Shown piece after piece: positions 56,733 through 57,380 of a stretch of DNA of 57,380 nt. Each line of letters begins with the position of its first letter. Positions within the stretch are counted from its first letter, which is position 1. The notes under the pieces are model-generated. The model did not search any database. It saw nothing but the letters and a program-made list of their open reading frames with translations, and was not told where the DNA came from. The translations under genes were made by a program, and so were the position numbers. The DNA is from Candidatus Onthousia excrementipullorum (GTDB taxonomy: Bacteria > Bacillota_I > Bacilli_A > RF39 > UBA660), in the NCBI GenBank assembly GCA_018712385.1, contig DVHC01000043.1:1-57380 (forward strand), in the 5' to 3' direction.

Positions 56733-57347
56733 ATGAGTAGTAGAAAATTTGGATACGGAAGAGTATCTAGTAAAGATCAAAATGAAGCTAGACAACTTAA
56801 AGCATTTAAAGATTTCGGTATAGATGATAGGGATATATATGTTGATAAAAAATCTGGTAAAGATTTTGATAGGGAACAATATAAATTATTAAAAAATATA
56901 TTAAGAGAAGATGATTTATTAGTTATTCAATCCATTGATCGTCTCGGAAGAAATTATGAAATGATCGTAAATGAGTGGAAAGATATAACTAAAAATATTA
57001 AAGCTGATATTTTTGTATTAGATATGCCGTTATTAGATACTAGACAAAAGAAAGATTTATTAGGAACATTTATTAACGATTTAATATTAAGTTTATTATC
57101 CTATGTTGCTCAAACTGAAAGAGAAAAAATAAAAATACGTCAAAGACAAGGAATTGATATAGCATTAGCTAACGGTATTAAATTCGGCCGCCCTAAAATT
57201 CAGAAACCGGATAATTATGATGAAGTTATAGGGCTATGGAAGAATAAACAAATAACCGCGAGAGAGGCAATGAAATTATTAAATTTAAAACCTAATACAT
57301 TTTATAATATGGTAAGGTTGGATGAAAATATTAAGAAAAATAATTGA
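56733..57347 (+). CDS. Small serine recombinase (resolvase/invertase family)
   Basis: 204 aa. The catalytic N-terminus is FGYGRVSSKDQNEARQ, and LVIQSIDRLGRN is present. The C-terminal HTH is ITAREAMKLLNLKPNTFYN. Confidence 0.9.
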   Translation: MSSRKFGYGRVSSKDQNEARQLKAFKDFGIDDRDIYVDKKSGKDFDREQYKLLKNILREDDLLVIQSIDRLGRNYEMIVNEWKDITKNIKADIFVLDMPLLDTRQKKDLLGTFINDLILSLLSYVAQTEREKIKIRQRQGIDIALANGIKFGRPKIQKPDNYDEVIGLWKNKQITAREAMKLLNLKPNTFYNMVRLDENIKKNN

Positions 57348-57380
57348 AATAATATACAATTAAAAACAAATGTAGTATAA

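Noticed and set aside
56622-56879. 85-aa minus-strand ORF
   Set aside because: It is antisense to the 5' end of the serine recombinase and to the small upstream gene, and it shows no translation signals.

Overview
The window is very AT-rich, low-GC Firmicutes-type DNA. An SspI spore protein and a BclA-like collagen protein suggest a spore-former. No rRNA, tRNA or CRISPR array is visible. From left to right:

- **1-13.1 kb:** the distal half of a Gram-positive conjugative type IV secretion operon. It has a VirB6-like protein, a VirB3-like protein, a VirB4 split into two ORFs, two cell-wall hydrolases each followed by a paralogous lipoprotein, and a VirD4-type coupling protein.
- **13.1-23.8 kb:** a complete NAD salvage and utilisation cluster (pncA, pncB, Nudix, nadE, prs, nadD, pncC, nrtR, nadK). 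It is driven by two paralogous consensus promoters that carry conserved AT-rich palindromes, which are candidate NrtR operators. A 1.9-kb group II intron sits in the leader behind the second promoter.
- **24.6-25.9 kb:** a stand-alone IS605-family tnpB with a CTG start and a structured 3' tail.
- **26-34 kb:** housekeeping, envelope and spore genes.
- **34.3-38.0 kb, the most unusual locus:** two diverged ~0.4-kb direct repeats. Each encodes a type I toxin-antitoxin-like cassette (a 30-31 aa hydrophobic peptide plus a convergent antisense promoter) and a copy of the pyruvate:ferredoxin oxidoreductase (PFOR) promoter. They bracket an orphan 851-aa gene and an overlapping 67-aa gene.
- **38-46.5 kb:** PFOR, uppS, a collagen-like exosporium-type gene preceded by a promoter and terminator-containing leader, and recG.
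- **46.5-57.4 kb:** a candidate small RNA, then a type I restriction-modification operon with an in-operon nuclease-like fourth gene, an IS21 element, and a serine recombinase with an upstream inverted repeat.

All functional calls come from motif recognition by eye. No database search was run.
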